Positions 13,561-25,200 of a stretch of DNA of 64,000 nt are shown here, piece by piece. This DNA is from Tubulanus polymorphus. Lineage: Eukaryota > Animalia > Nemertea. The notes beneath the pieces were generated by a model. That model was not told the origin of the DNA. It did not search any database and saw nothing but the letters and a program-made list of their open reading frames with translations. Position 1 is the stretch's first letter, and each line of letters opens with the position of its first letter. Both the position numbers and the translations under genes were made by a program. The stretch lies in assembly GCF_964204645.1 (NCBI RefSeq), contig NC_134031.1, forward strand, positions 5,332,001 through 5,396,000. The letters run 5' to 3'.

Positions 13561-14188
13561 ACGGCCGTGGACTGAGGTAAATAATCTTTCGCCAGCCGGC
13601 CGTATATAAATGTCATAATGGCTTAGATATATGCGTAGACCCCTCCTTGAGCTCAAGGAACATTTTCGGACTTAACGTTATTTTCTCGTTATTATTGTTG
13701 GATTTTCTAATGGCCACAACACGGGTCGGAGAAATAAATCTACGCCGGGATGGCCTGGAACAAATAAAATTATCTTATCTTATGATACTTAAGGGCCCAA
13801 TCATTCACGAAAAAAATCATTAGTTGTTTGGTTATTGTTACCAAGGAAGGAATCCTTTTGCTCCACAGGGGCTGATGGTTTTAGACGTGATTAGTGTGGG
13901 ATTCTCACACTCTTAGCCAACTAGTGGACAGGGCACTGATTACAATTCATTTCAGCAAAGTGGAATGAAAAATTATTGGATATTGGGCAGCACACACTAA
14001 TTGAAAAGGAACAAAATTTAAACGTGTTAATTGAATTCTATATTCATTATTTATTTACAGACATAAATTTCAGTTACAAAAATATCTATCTTAATAGCCA
14101 TATTTATCTTAATAAATGCACCAAAAACAGAAATTTGACACTGTTTCTGCTTAACATTACATGTTTTGTCACTCCAGTACTGCACCTA

Positions 14189-15769
14189 TCACTTGTTGAT
14201 ATGAGTTACAATGTGAGATTTTAATGTTGGCATATTTTTCATTTCTTTGCGACATTTATGGCACCTGAAAATAACATAGAGCTCATTTTCAATCAAACAA
14301 AATAGTTCCTGGATCAAAAATTGGTAGAATGACGATAACGCGTTTTGGGTGTCTCAGAGGTGCTGCCAGGGATGGATCCTAAGCGGCCGCCCCTCCTATT
14401 TTTGCAAGGATAACATTTTCACAACTTGGCTTAAGAAAGTTACACACACACTGTAAATTATTGCCAGTCATTTTTTTGCAAAATTTTCTTGGGAGCCCCA
14501 AAACCCGCTTAAGGACTTTGCGCACCATGTACCAAGTACGTGTATACAGCCAGGCCTCGGATTTTCTGGCCCTCCTCCAATTAGAAATTCCTTGATCCAT
14601 ACCTGGGTACTCCAGATGCAGATTTATACCAGCATAGTTCAAAACTGCAAGATACTGAAACTGGAATTTTACCTTAAAGGTTCTTTGAGGAGTTTTTCCT
14701 GAGTGCTTGTATCAACTGTCACTTTTCCATCAGTTTCTATCATTTTCATTACAGCTTAAAAAGAAAAATATTATACATCAAACTAAAAATAATTACCTAA
14801 TATCATACAGTGGAACCTCATAAACAAAAAGTTCTGTAAATACGAAAGATGTCCGGTTTTCGGTACCTTCTGAATCTAAGAAATAGTCAGTTGTAAATGA
14901 ATTCCAATGTTTTTTCGTTTTCAAACATGGCGAATCGAAGTCTTTGCTGATTACATGTAAATGAACATGGCTGCAAAGATAGAAACATATAATATGACTT
15001 TTTGATGGAATAGAAATGCAATCAAATCTCAATTTTCCATCTTGTCTTTTCACACAATTCCTGATACACTCCCCAAGTTTCTCCTGTACAAACTTTTAGC
15101 TAATTTGCTTGCTCTAAAATGCATACCTCATACTTGGAATTGCGTGATAACCAATTTGAAAATCAGCCTCAGGATCTGTTCTACAAGGCAAAAACTCATT
15201 TTTTGGTATAGATTGTCGATATATCGTTCATGGCTAATATTAGTTATTCTCCAATTTTTGCAGATATGAACGTAACACATACCCCTACCTATCGATCAAA
15301 GCTTTGGCTTCTTTATGCATATGTTTTAACAGTTTCAGATGTTCAGATTTCAGGCTCTTTAAGTTCGCAATACTCATTCTTGGCATCACAAGAAAATGGT
15401 ATTTAGCCTGTAAAAAATAAGAAAAACATTTTATGAACTTTTATTTCTTTTCAGTAAAATCGTTTCAGATGAATATTGCAGTATCAGCAAAATTTCCATT
15501 AGCTTTTCAAAGTTAAAATAATCAATTCTAATTATTAATGACATGAAGAATTTTTTTTTGTTTATCAAAAATTAAAATACTAAATCTAACAACAAAACAA
15601 CCTTCGGGTATTTATCTTTAATTATAACTATTTGTTCGTCTTCTGAAACTACCAATTCCGGGTCATTCATCGAAGCCAGCAAACCTTGTGACCAATGTCC
15701 CGGAGCTTTCTTCGCAGCTGGAGCACGGCTGTCGTTTCCAGTCGCTTTCCTTTTATTTTCGTTGGCCAT
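14189..15769 (-). CDS. APTX: Aprataxin (HIT domain + C2H2 zinc finger), 200 aa
   Basis: Exons 15769-15602, 15407-15289, 15180-15127, 14970-14867, 14754-14673, 14264-14189 total 603 nt and stay in frame. Motifs [64 protein letters not shown] (HxHxH triad) and CHKC...HIVTH. AATAAA on the minus strand at 14050-14055. Confidence 0.95.
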
Positions 15770-16356
15770 TGATGCTGTCACAATAATGTTTTAGTCTGGT
15801 ATACGTCGGTAGTTAGTGTGTCCACTCCAAACTTGCCGAGAAACACTTGCAACGAGTACAATATATGGGAATTTACTTTGTAGAAACTAGATCCTTTAAG
15901 ACCTGACGTAACCTCAAAACGAAATCCTTGGTGGATTAAGCTTTTAATTGGGAAGAAACTACAAATTATGGAAAGTGGTCCTGTAGCTGACAATCTTTCA
16001 AATACAGTTTTGTATTGAATTGTCAGTCCGCTTCGGTTATCCGCTAAGTCTGGTTATCCAAGTTGTTGAATTGAATTGTCAAATTCGGGATTCGAACTCG
16101 ATTTAACTGAAACAGATCTTTGCCGACTGGGATTTATAACCAACCTGGTCAACGCGGAAGTAATGAATTCGTCTTCTGTCAAAAAACTTGTAACTTATGT
16201 CAATTTCACGGTTGCTTTAGCCGTTGGAATCAACCCGTGGATTTAACTCCATTATGGTCTTCGATACTTAACCTATTGTTGGCGTTGCATGTTTATTTCG
16301 AATGTTTGAACGCAGGAGATGTCAGTAGATAACTACCTACCATTTAATTACCAAAC

Positions 16357-19242
16357 ATGATGGTAAGTTAAAAATCAGTCGTCACGACAATACGTCGTAA
16401 ATTCAATTAATAGTTATAGTTCACTAGTATTTTCTGTACCGACGTCGACGAGACCTGACGATCAATTTGGTGCGATTAAAGAATAGGGGACTATAGCAAT
16501 ATATATGTAGTGATAGTAATCAATTAAGTAATAATAAATATTAGTAATTGATAATGATGATATATAATGATAGTAATGTATATAGTAATTAATGATGATT
16601 AGGGAACTAAACCTAAACCTAACCCTAAACCTAACCCTAATCCTAACCACTAGTCCCCTATTCTTGAATCTTACCATCAATTTTCCGAAGGCAGTTCAGC
16701 CTGGTAAGAGAGTATTGATTTGGAAGTTTTTGAACAGGTCTACCTAACCTACTGAGGAGTGAAAATGAGCAGAGGGTTAGGCCTAAGTCAAGAAGATAGT
16801 TATACATATTTAATTCCCATAATTAATAAACGGAATGCGATAGCTCCGGTTACGGAGGACAGTTTGTGCATGCGCAATAGAGTAAAATTCTGACTTTTAA
16901 TATTGGGATTCGAACCCAAACCAAGAAGTAGTGTAGAGCACTTTACCTACTGCGCCACGGCACATGACTGACTGGAGGTTGGGTGAATTAATTTATATAA
17001 AGCCTCACCTTACCCTAACCCTATTCCTTCACCCATGCGCGTACGTAGATATAGTGCTAATTCCCCCGTAACTGGAGCCAGTTTGTATTTAATTAGGGGC
17101 CTTTTGTACTGGAGGAATATCATGGGGAAAAGGATAACAATTTTTTTATTGATTCGAATGCTACTGCTTCTTATTTCAACTACTGAACGAATGTAGCCTA
17201 CTTTGTACAGAATCTTCTCTCCCACCTCCCAGGTACAAACAAGTGTGCCTTCTATCAACAATGTTGTTAATCAAATCTGCAATAATTAATCAGATAATTA
17301 ATTTCATGTTGGAGTAATAACTATTCCTATTAATGCGACATCTTTCAGGATAGGTATGAGTCACTCTTGTCTCTTCTCTACATACTGTGATTATTTGACC
17401 ATAGTATTTTGCTGATGGATTTATAAGTACAGCTCTTGAGTCATTGATGCTTACATTACTCAATAATGTAATTTCCCTGAGAACGACAAGGATATTCCCA
17501 AAAGCCTGAACCAAATATAGCTAAGAGGACAACAGAGGTAAACAATCAAGAAACGACTGATCTGTAGGGAACCTGATGGAATGGCTGATCTGTAAGGACC
17601 CTGATGGAATGACTGGACCCTGATGGAATGACTGGACCCTGATGGAATGACCGATCTCTAGGGACCCTGATGGAATGACCAATCTGTAAGGACCCTCATG
17701 GAATGACTGGACTCTGATGGATGGACTGACCGATCTCTAGGGACCCTATCTGTAAGGACCCTGATGGAATGACCGTTCTCTAGGGACCCAGATTGAATGA
17801 CCGATCTCTAGGGACCCTATCTGTAAGGACCCTGATCGAATGACTGGACCTTGATTGAATGACTGATCTCTAGGGATCCTGATTGAATGACCGATCTCTA
17901 AGGACCCTGATCGAATGACTGGACTCTGATGGAATGACCGATCTCAAGGAACCCTGATTGAATAACCAAATAGGAATTAAGCTAAACATTTTAGTTAGAT
18001 ATTTTCATCAAGCTGAAACCTGATTTCTTTTTTTAATTATGATAAAATGATTGATTTCATTCATGGCAATCGATTCCGCGTAATACACCTATTGATGGGG
18101 TTCAGCAGTTCAGTGATATATGTGATCCAGCCTCCATTGACAGCAGCCCAACCTGCCTACATCGCTACTCTACGTTTATTGTTAATGTCGCTCGCGCGTG
18201 CGCTGAGTGAGTGCAGACTCTGATTTGTAATTAACCATTCAGGATATCAGCTTATGTCGGTCTCATGATTGTAGTTGACTGTCAACAATTTATGAGCTAT
18301 TACCGCGCATGGATTCATTAATGAAAAATGCAATGCGACTCCGGCGGTGTCTTGTACAAAGGTATGCTCAAACGAAATACTTTTTCTCAAAAAAATTTTG
18401 CAGTACGGTAATTGATATATTATTTCGAATTATTACGCTGTAGTCCTCTCTCTTGGTTGTCTTGAATTCTGAAGCATTTATTGCATGATGTAATGAGGAT
18501 CGTGGAAACTGAATTTTTACAAAAAAAAGAAAAACTTCATCGGTTTGAACTGTTTAATATTTGTTGATTATCTGAATGAATGAATGAAAAAATAGTAGTT
18601 TTCTTCATTGGGCCTCTGAGTGAATATAGCTTAGAATGAACTTAATTAAAATTAAAAGTAACTACTTAAAAGAAATCGTACTCAGTATTGAACTTGAAAT
18701 ATTTTGATGTTCTACTTAAACTTGAATTCAGCTGCTATGCTTGTCATTGTTGGTTTGAATGATTATTCTGTTGTTCTTAAAAAGTGTAATGAGAGAAATC
18801 CTGCAATACATTCCGCCAAAAAAAAATTAAAAGTAGAAAATGGTATATATTTCGAGCACTGTTTTTTCGGCTAATAACTATTAGCCATCATCAGGCGTAC
18901 TAAGAACAAAATGAAATTAAAGGAATATTTATACGAGAATCAGACAAAAAGTCCAAGTGAGTAATTTTTCTTTTTTGGCTGAATCTATTGTTGGATTTCT
19001 CTCATTAATCACCTTACACGGATATATTGTGTATCTTCTCGACTCTCGTGTTTTAGGGCCTTTTAGAAACGATGTTTTCACCGCGTAGGATTCGCATCTT
19101 CGCTCGAAATCGTTCCCTCTTTTTCATTCCGTATCTGCAGTTACTATGGAAACTGGTTACAGATTTTCGCGTTATTTCCTGAGATTCGTGATTCATCTCA
19201 ATTAGTGGATTTTATAGTTGGGTGGGGCTGATATGTGAGGTA

Positions 19243-19277
<35 letters not shown>

Positions 19278-22200
19278 TGTATACTTCGATCTCTGGGTAG
19301 CTTCCTAATTAGCTCCTATTTTCCGCTCGCTACATGATCACCTGCTTTTCATGTAATTAGAAGTCGAATCTCCACAACTTCTATTGTAAATTCGGTTCAT
19401 TCGAAACTCCTCTTGGATCGTGCTTAACATTTATTGCAATTGCGATGAAATTTCTAATCTATCCATGCGTAATTACATATGTTGAAAATCTGCATGAAAA
19501 GTCTAGATTGAAAATATTGGTATTCATATAGATTTAAATGGACTATAATTTTGAATGTCTTACCAAAAGCTGTTCTTCAGTAGAAGCACGTATATTTAGA
19601 AGACAATAATTTTGAATGTTATGTCAATAAACTGTTCTGCGATAAATATTTTTTCTTCAGATCAGTTTAATATACTGGTTTTGACTTTTGGGCCTCATCA
19701 ATTCAGTTAATTCCTGAATCTATAAAACTGTAGTTGAATTATTTTTCATTATCTTGCTGTAAGGAACCTATTAATTTTTTGTGACCAATCGGAAAAGACA
19801 AAAGGGTGCTTTGTATGTAATGTACAGTAGTCGGTATGATTCTCGGAGAGGGCTGTAATATGAAACAATCAATAGATTCTGAGATCAGATCCATTCATTC
19901 TCCCTCTCCCCGATGGTGTAATCTCTGTGTTGCAGGCGGTGAACTCGGTGGATTATAACGGTTTATCAATATTCATATCTCGTCATAAAAGCGTGCACAT
20001 CTACGAGAAAAAATATTCCGTTCTATTTGGCGTTGTGAGGATTCCACAGTCATTAGATTCTCCGGTCTAATTTTGACTTCAGATTTGGTTCTAGTTTCAA
20101 GCTTTCAAACGATATCTAGGCCTATAGGGGATGATGGTTGTGCTGGAATAGTAGAATCTTTTTGAATCGAAGTAGATAATTGGAAATTTCAGTTCTGATT
20201 TGTATAAACAATATTCCAACCAGCCTGAAGCGGCGAGTGACTGATTGAGGTTAATTCTGTTATTTGATTTCCGATTTTTAAGTCAAATCCCTCGTTTTGC
20301 TCCCAGCAGTTTGTATTAAAGGACACCAAATCAAAATGAATCAGATCAAATCTACCATTGAAACAAACAACAGGGTCAATCCCTATTCTAAGATCAGAAT
20401 ACTAGATTTTCCAAAAGATGACTACTACAACACTTCTTAAATCCTGGATCCTGGGGTAATTTTCGTTCTCAAACGAATTAAAGTCAAGCGCTTAACAGGG
20501 ACCATATATGCTCGAGTATTGTGTTACTAAACGCGAGAAATCCAATAATAAATGTAGCCAAAACGAGAAACTCAGTACGCCTGATGATGGCTAATAGTCT
20601 TCAGCCGAAACGTTGTGCTCTTCTATTCAAGTTTCTCGTTTTGGCTACATTTATTGCAGGATTTCTCGTGATTATTCATCATACATGGATAATGTGTTTT
20701 TTTCTCGACACATTGTGTTACTACCCGGTGTACGTAGGAATAGGAATCCAGAATATAGGCCTAGTGAAACACTTGATAACAATTTAAATCAGGAAAACCA
20801 TTTATTATCGATACTCGAGTACGAATACGTATTGGAAATTTCAGCTTTACGTCGTTATTTTCGCATTCAGTGTAAAATTACCGTTTTCATATTATATTTC
20901 TGTACTCAATTATCGATTGTGGCAATTATTTTCTAAATGACACTCCATTGACCGGGTTAAATATTGACATTTTTTTTGGTGAAGTTGATGAATTTGCTTT
21001 GTGTTATTTACAGAAGAGAAGTTCGTCTACGTCAAGTATAACATCGGAGGAAAGTCAGGGACCGCTGGTTATATCAGAATTGCGACCTATATCACCTATC
21101 GTGACCAGTAAGTATTTTTGTTTATTTCGTTGAATTCTATTTCGCTATATACGTAGATTTTCTGTTTGATACAAAAGTCGTATTCGTACTGTTAATAAAT
21201 CAAAATCTGGCTCAGAGCAAATTAGGAGCTGGACAACCGTTCACATGGGTGCCAAATGTGCGCGGCCAAATTTGGCCTTACAAAAGATGTTGGACCAGGC
21301 CCGAGCTAAATTTTAGCACGGGGGTCAAATTATTGTGTGGGAATTGCTTCAGGTTTTGGAAGTGAGTCGCTTTGCTTAAGCATTGTTTAGTCGACCTATT
21401 AAGTGAGTTGTTTGCATGTGAACATGCTCTTTTATTTGGCCTGGGCCAAATTTGACTCAGACCAGACCTTTGGCTCGTACCTGGAATGGGCTAATTTAGA
21501 ACAGACCGAATCAATGCATGTTTTTAAATCAGCTCACATCGCAAAATACCTTTACTTTCAGGTAATATCCGGTGTCCTCCCTCTCGGACCATCCCGTCAG
21601 TCACCTCTCCCGAGCCTCTACTAGTTAGATCTGAACAACTCGACGAAAGCCTAGGATTTTCCCAAGTCATCGAAGAAAGCTCTAAACTGGCAGCTGGGAG
21701 TTCAGCTGAAACTGAGGAAAAACTGCCAAATACTAGACCCGTGAATCAGTTTGTTTTCAATGCTGACGCTGATTTCCTTCGAGATACCAAATCTCGACTG
21801 CAAAAACTGTTGAAATCGGTGCCGAAATTTGAAACAGAAGAAAAGTCCATAGTTGAGAGAAGCGCGAAAGATCAAAGACCGGAGAAATCAAAGTCTGATC
21901 AAAACAAACATGAACTCGAAATCAGCGCTCGAATCATCGCCGAAGCTCGTGAAAATCTGGCAATACTGACGAATCGAAAATCATCATCGGCGGCATTAGC
22001 AGCGATCGGAGCGTCGCCGAAATCGATTTTAAAGAAAAAGGTCGAAAATTCGACCGAATGTGAAACCGATATTATAGACGACGTTAGATCGACGGTTGAT
22101 TCGACAGTTTCGAAAAATGACGGTCAAAAAGCATTTTCGACTAAGAAAATCTGTGCTCCTGCTTATCTGAAAACTAATTCAGCACCTGCCTATTCCGCAA

Positions 22201-25200
22201 TGTCGGTTGATCCTATCGGGTATTCAAAATGTGATCCAGGTGGGGTGGGGTCGAATACGCTTACCAATGGAGATCATTTTCTTGAAGATCGTTTGAAAAA
22301 GATGATGATCTACGATGATAATGATAATATGGGTAGTTGGAATCGAAGGGTAGAACATCTGCGATTGTTTAGGGGTCACGGAAATTCAGTCCATCAGATC
22401 GACACCAGTCGATCTACTGATTCGCGGCGGAACTCGGCGGGATTCCCGGGTAAAACGCCAGCACCACCGCTAGATATGGCAGTCGTCGCCAACGACATCG
22501 AAAAACAACGTTCCCAAATCGACGTCATTCAGAAACATATCGATAAGATCAACCGCGAAATATCGCTGGTCGAGGATTATTATCCGAAAGAGCGACCGAA
22601 ATCGATGGAAACCACGATACTCGATCGTATCGGTAGAATCGACGCCCAGCTGGAAAAGATGAACGACGTCGACGCCGGATACCGCGACGATCGTCATTTC
22701 TCCGAACGCGATTCGAATTCGAAACAGTTTCCGACCGCCGGTTCTAAATGCGTGCAATTTCGGAATCGCTCGAATTTCGATGTATCTCGGTTTCCGTCGC
22801 AGTCCGTCGAATCGGAACCGATTCGCGAAGTCGGTAAATCGGCGGTTGTTTTACTGCGTAAAACAGCCGTGAAAAATGCGGATAAAACAAAGGGTTTTAG
22901 TGATCGGTCGATATCGAGAGATAATATTCTACGAGCTAATCTCGATGAGTCAGCTACAGCTGGCAAACCAACGTTCATACCGAATTTTAGTGATTTAGAT
23001 ATTGCGAAAGCAGCCCCCATTCAGCTACCAATGCCTATACCAAATATTACCGATCTAAATATTGCAGCTCCAGTCCAGAAATCAACGTTCATACCTAATT
23101 TTACTGATCTACATATTGTGAAATCAGCTCCCATTCAGAAACCAACATTCGTACCAAATTCTACTGATTTCGGTTACGCAAAATCAGCTCCCGTTCAAAT
23201 GCTGGCGTTTGTACCAGATTTTACTGATGGTCTCATAGGGAATTTCGAACCAGGAAAAAAGACTGATAAATTGTACGAATTTCAGTCGTCGGACGCGAAA
23301 TCCATTCTGGAAACGCGCAAGACGCGAATCGGTTCTGACGATCGAGTTATCATCGATACGGTGCACCACGCAGGCGTCGCTATTAAACCTCTCGAAAAAT
23401 CCGACCTGATTACGGTGAGCGCGACGAACGGCGATAGTTTTTTCGATCGCGATCGGAACGCGGCGGTCGAGAAAGAAAATGGCGAACGTCGCGAAAAGGT
23501 CGTCGCTAGAAATCTGTTCAATAACGAACCGGAGGAAGCGTCGAACCGGTTATCGGACGTGGTACCGTTAGACGATACGACTGTCGGCGGTTATGACGGC
23601 AATATTGAAGTAGAAACAGATTGGAATAGTTTCGAATTTGAACAGGCGGATCATAGTATAGAACGTGTTCAGTTCGTTACACCTAAGAAAGTTCAGCTGA
23701 AATCTAGAAATACAGTTTTAGATGCGGAACCAATTCAGACGAATTTGATCGCGCGAAATTCACGGGCAACCGAGATATTATCGCACGTACCGCCTAAAAA
23801 GTGGATTATTCCACCTCAATATAGCGGCCTTATCCGAGCGGCGAGGAGAGACAAGGAAATCGTCGATTCGATTTTAGACTCTGATTCAGAAGTTGTCGAG
23901 CTGTTGAATCGTTCGTCCGAGCTACAATCGAGTATTCGATTCTCGCACGATCGTACGCGGTTCTACCGTCCGCTGTCGCCGGTCAAACGACCCGCCGCGA
24001 TGCACCACCACCGCACCGGTAGACGACATCATCATCGGTCGAGGTCGCTTGAGAAAGTTTTCGAAAATCTCGGCACGGCGAACAACGTGCTGGCGACGTC
24101 GTCGTCACGCGCAAAAATCATCGTCGATCGAATTTTGCGAGACGGAGAAATGTACGAATTGGTGTCGACTGCGGATAGTGAGTACGACGACGATCGGTCG
24201 TTAGTAACGCGCAGTCGTTCGGAACATTCGTTTTCCGATACTTTGTCTTTGACGACGATTAGTCGTTCGGTATCGGAGATTAGCTTATCGACTAACGACG
24301 GCGGGGAATATCGCGCCCACACGGAGGTCGCGACTCGAAAAAAAATGACAAACAGAAAAAGCTCGACGCCGATCGTCCTCAATAAAAAGAAGAATGAAAA
24401 AGTTTGCGCGAGTTGTAAGAAAAATTCGGCAAAGACTCGTCGTCTGCCGCCGCGTAGCGAAAACGATACGACCTCGAACGCGGATCGCTCGAAACGAACC
24501 GACGTCGTCGTAAGCGAACTCGAAAAACGATTTCAGAATCTCTTCCCCGCAAACGTGAAATCCGACGCGAACGGTTCGTGTCCCGATATGAAAGTCATCG
24601 ACAGCGATTCGGTTGAGACGAAGCCGTCGCAATCGGTGCCGACGACTGCCGATGAAAAACGACAATCGAAACGCGCGGACAGTATATTCGAAACGGAAAT
24701 ACTGGACGGATTGAATCCCGACCCGGCCGTGTTGCATAGAATACGCTTGATCGAACTCGTAAGAATCGACGACGACTGCGAACGCCGACATGATTACATC
24801 ATGAAGGTACCAATTTCAATATCCTTGCCAATGTCCACTCCAAGTTTCAATATCCAAGTCAATGCCAACCCGAAGATCCAATTCCAGAGTTGAAAGTTTT
24901 GAATCGTAGAAAAAGTGGAAAATGCACTGGCTTTGATTTCTTCCGACTTAAATCTGAAAGTTTCATTCAGGATTCAGTTCCATCAGAGATAAAAGTTGAA
25001 TAAGAATGGTAAAACTAATTGACAAAATGAACTGACTTTGACGCGTTGAAAAATTTAAATTTGTTCAATGAATTCAACTGTTTTACTGTTATTTACATAT
25101 CTAGAACTGGGTACTGGTTCCTGGATACAGGGGTTGAGACTCAAACCTTAAATGTTTTTATTGTTTACCGGTATTACTGATATGGTTTTAGGTTCGTTTA

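Noticed and set aside
16607-16648. True telomere or chromosome-fusion scar
   Set aside because: Short, degenerate and enclosed by TIRs, so it is part of a mobile element.
17556-17967. CRISPR-like look of the repeat array, and CTGATG resembling a hammerhead box
   Set aside because: No unique spacers, no cas genes, eukaryotic context; the motif is CTGATGG rather than CTGANGA and has no paired GAAA.
24820-24828. ATATCCTT resembling a U12 AT-AC donor
   Set aside because: A canonical in-phase GT donor lies ~14 nt upstream and the downstream acceptor is AG; I saw no U12 branch point or AC acceptor.
21741-24893. 1050-aa ORF as a standalone intronless gene or transposon ORF
   Set aside because: It starts at GTG inside an exon bounded by an acceptor at 21561 and a donor after 24806, is in phase with flanking exons, and has no RT or transposase motifs.
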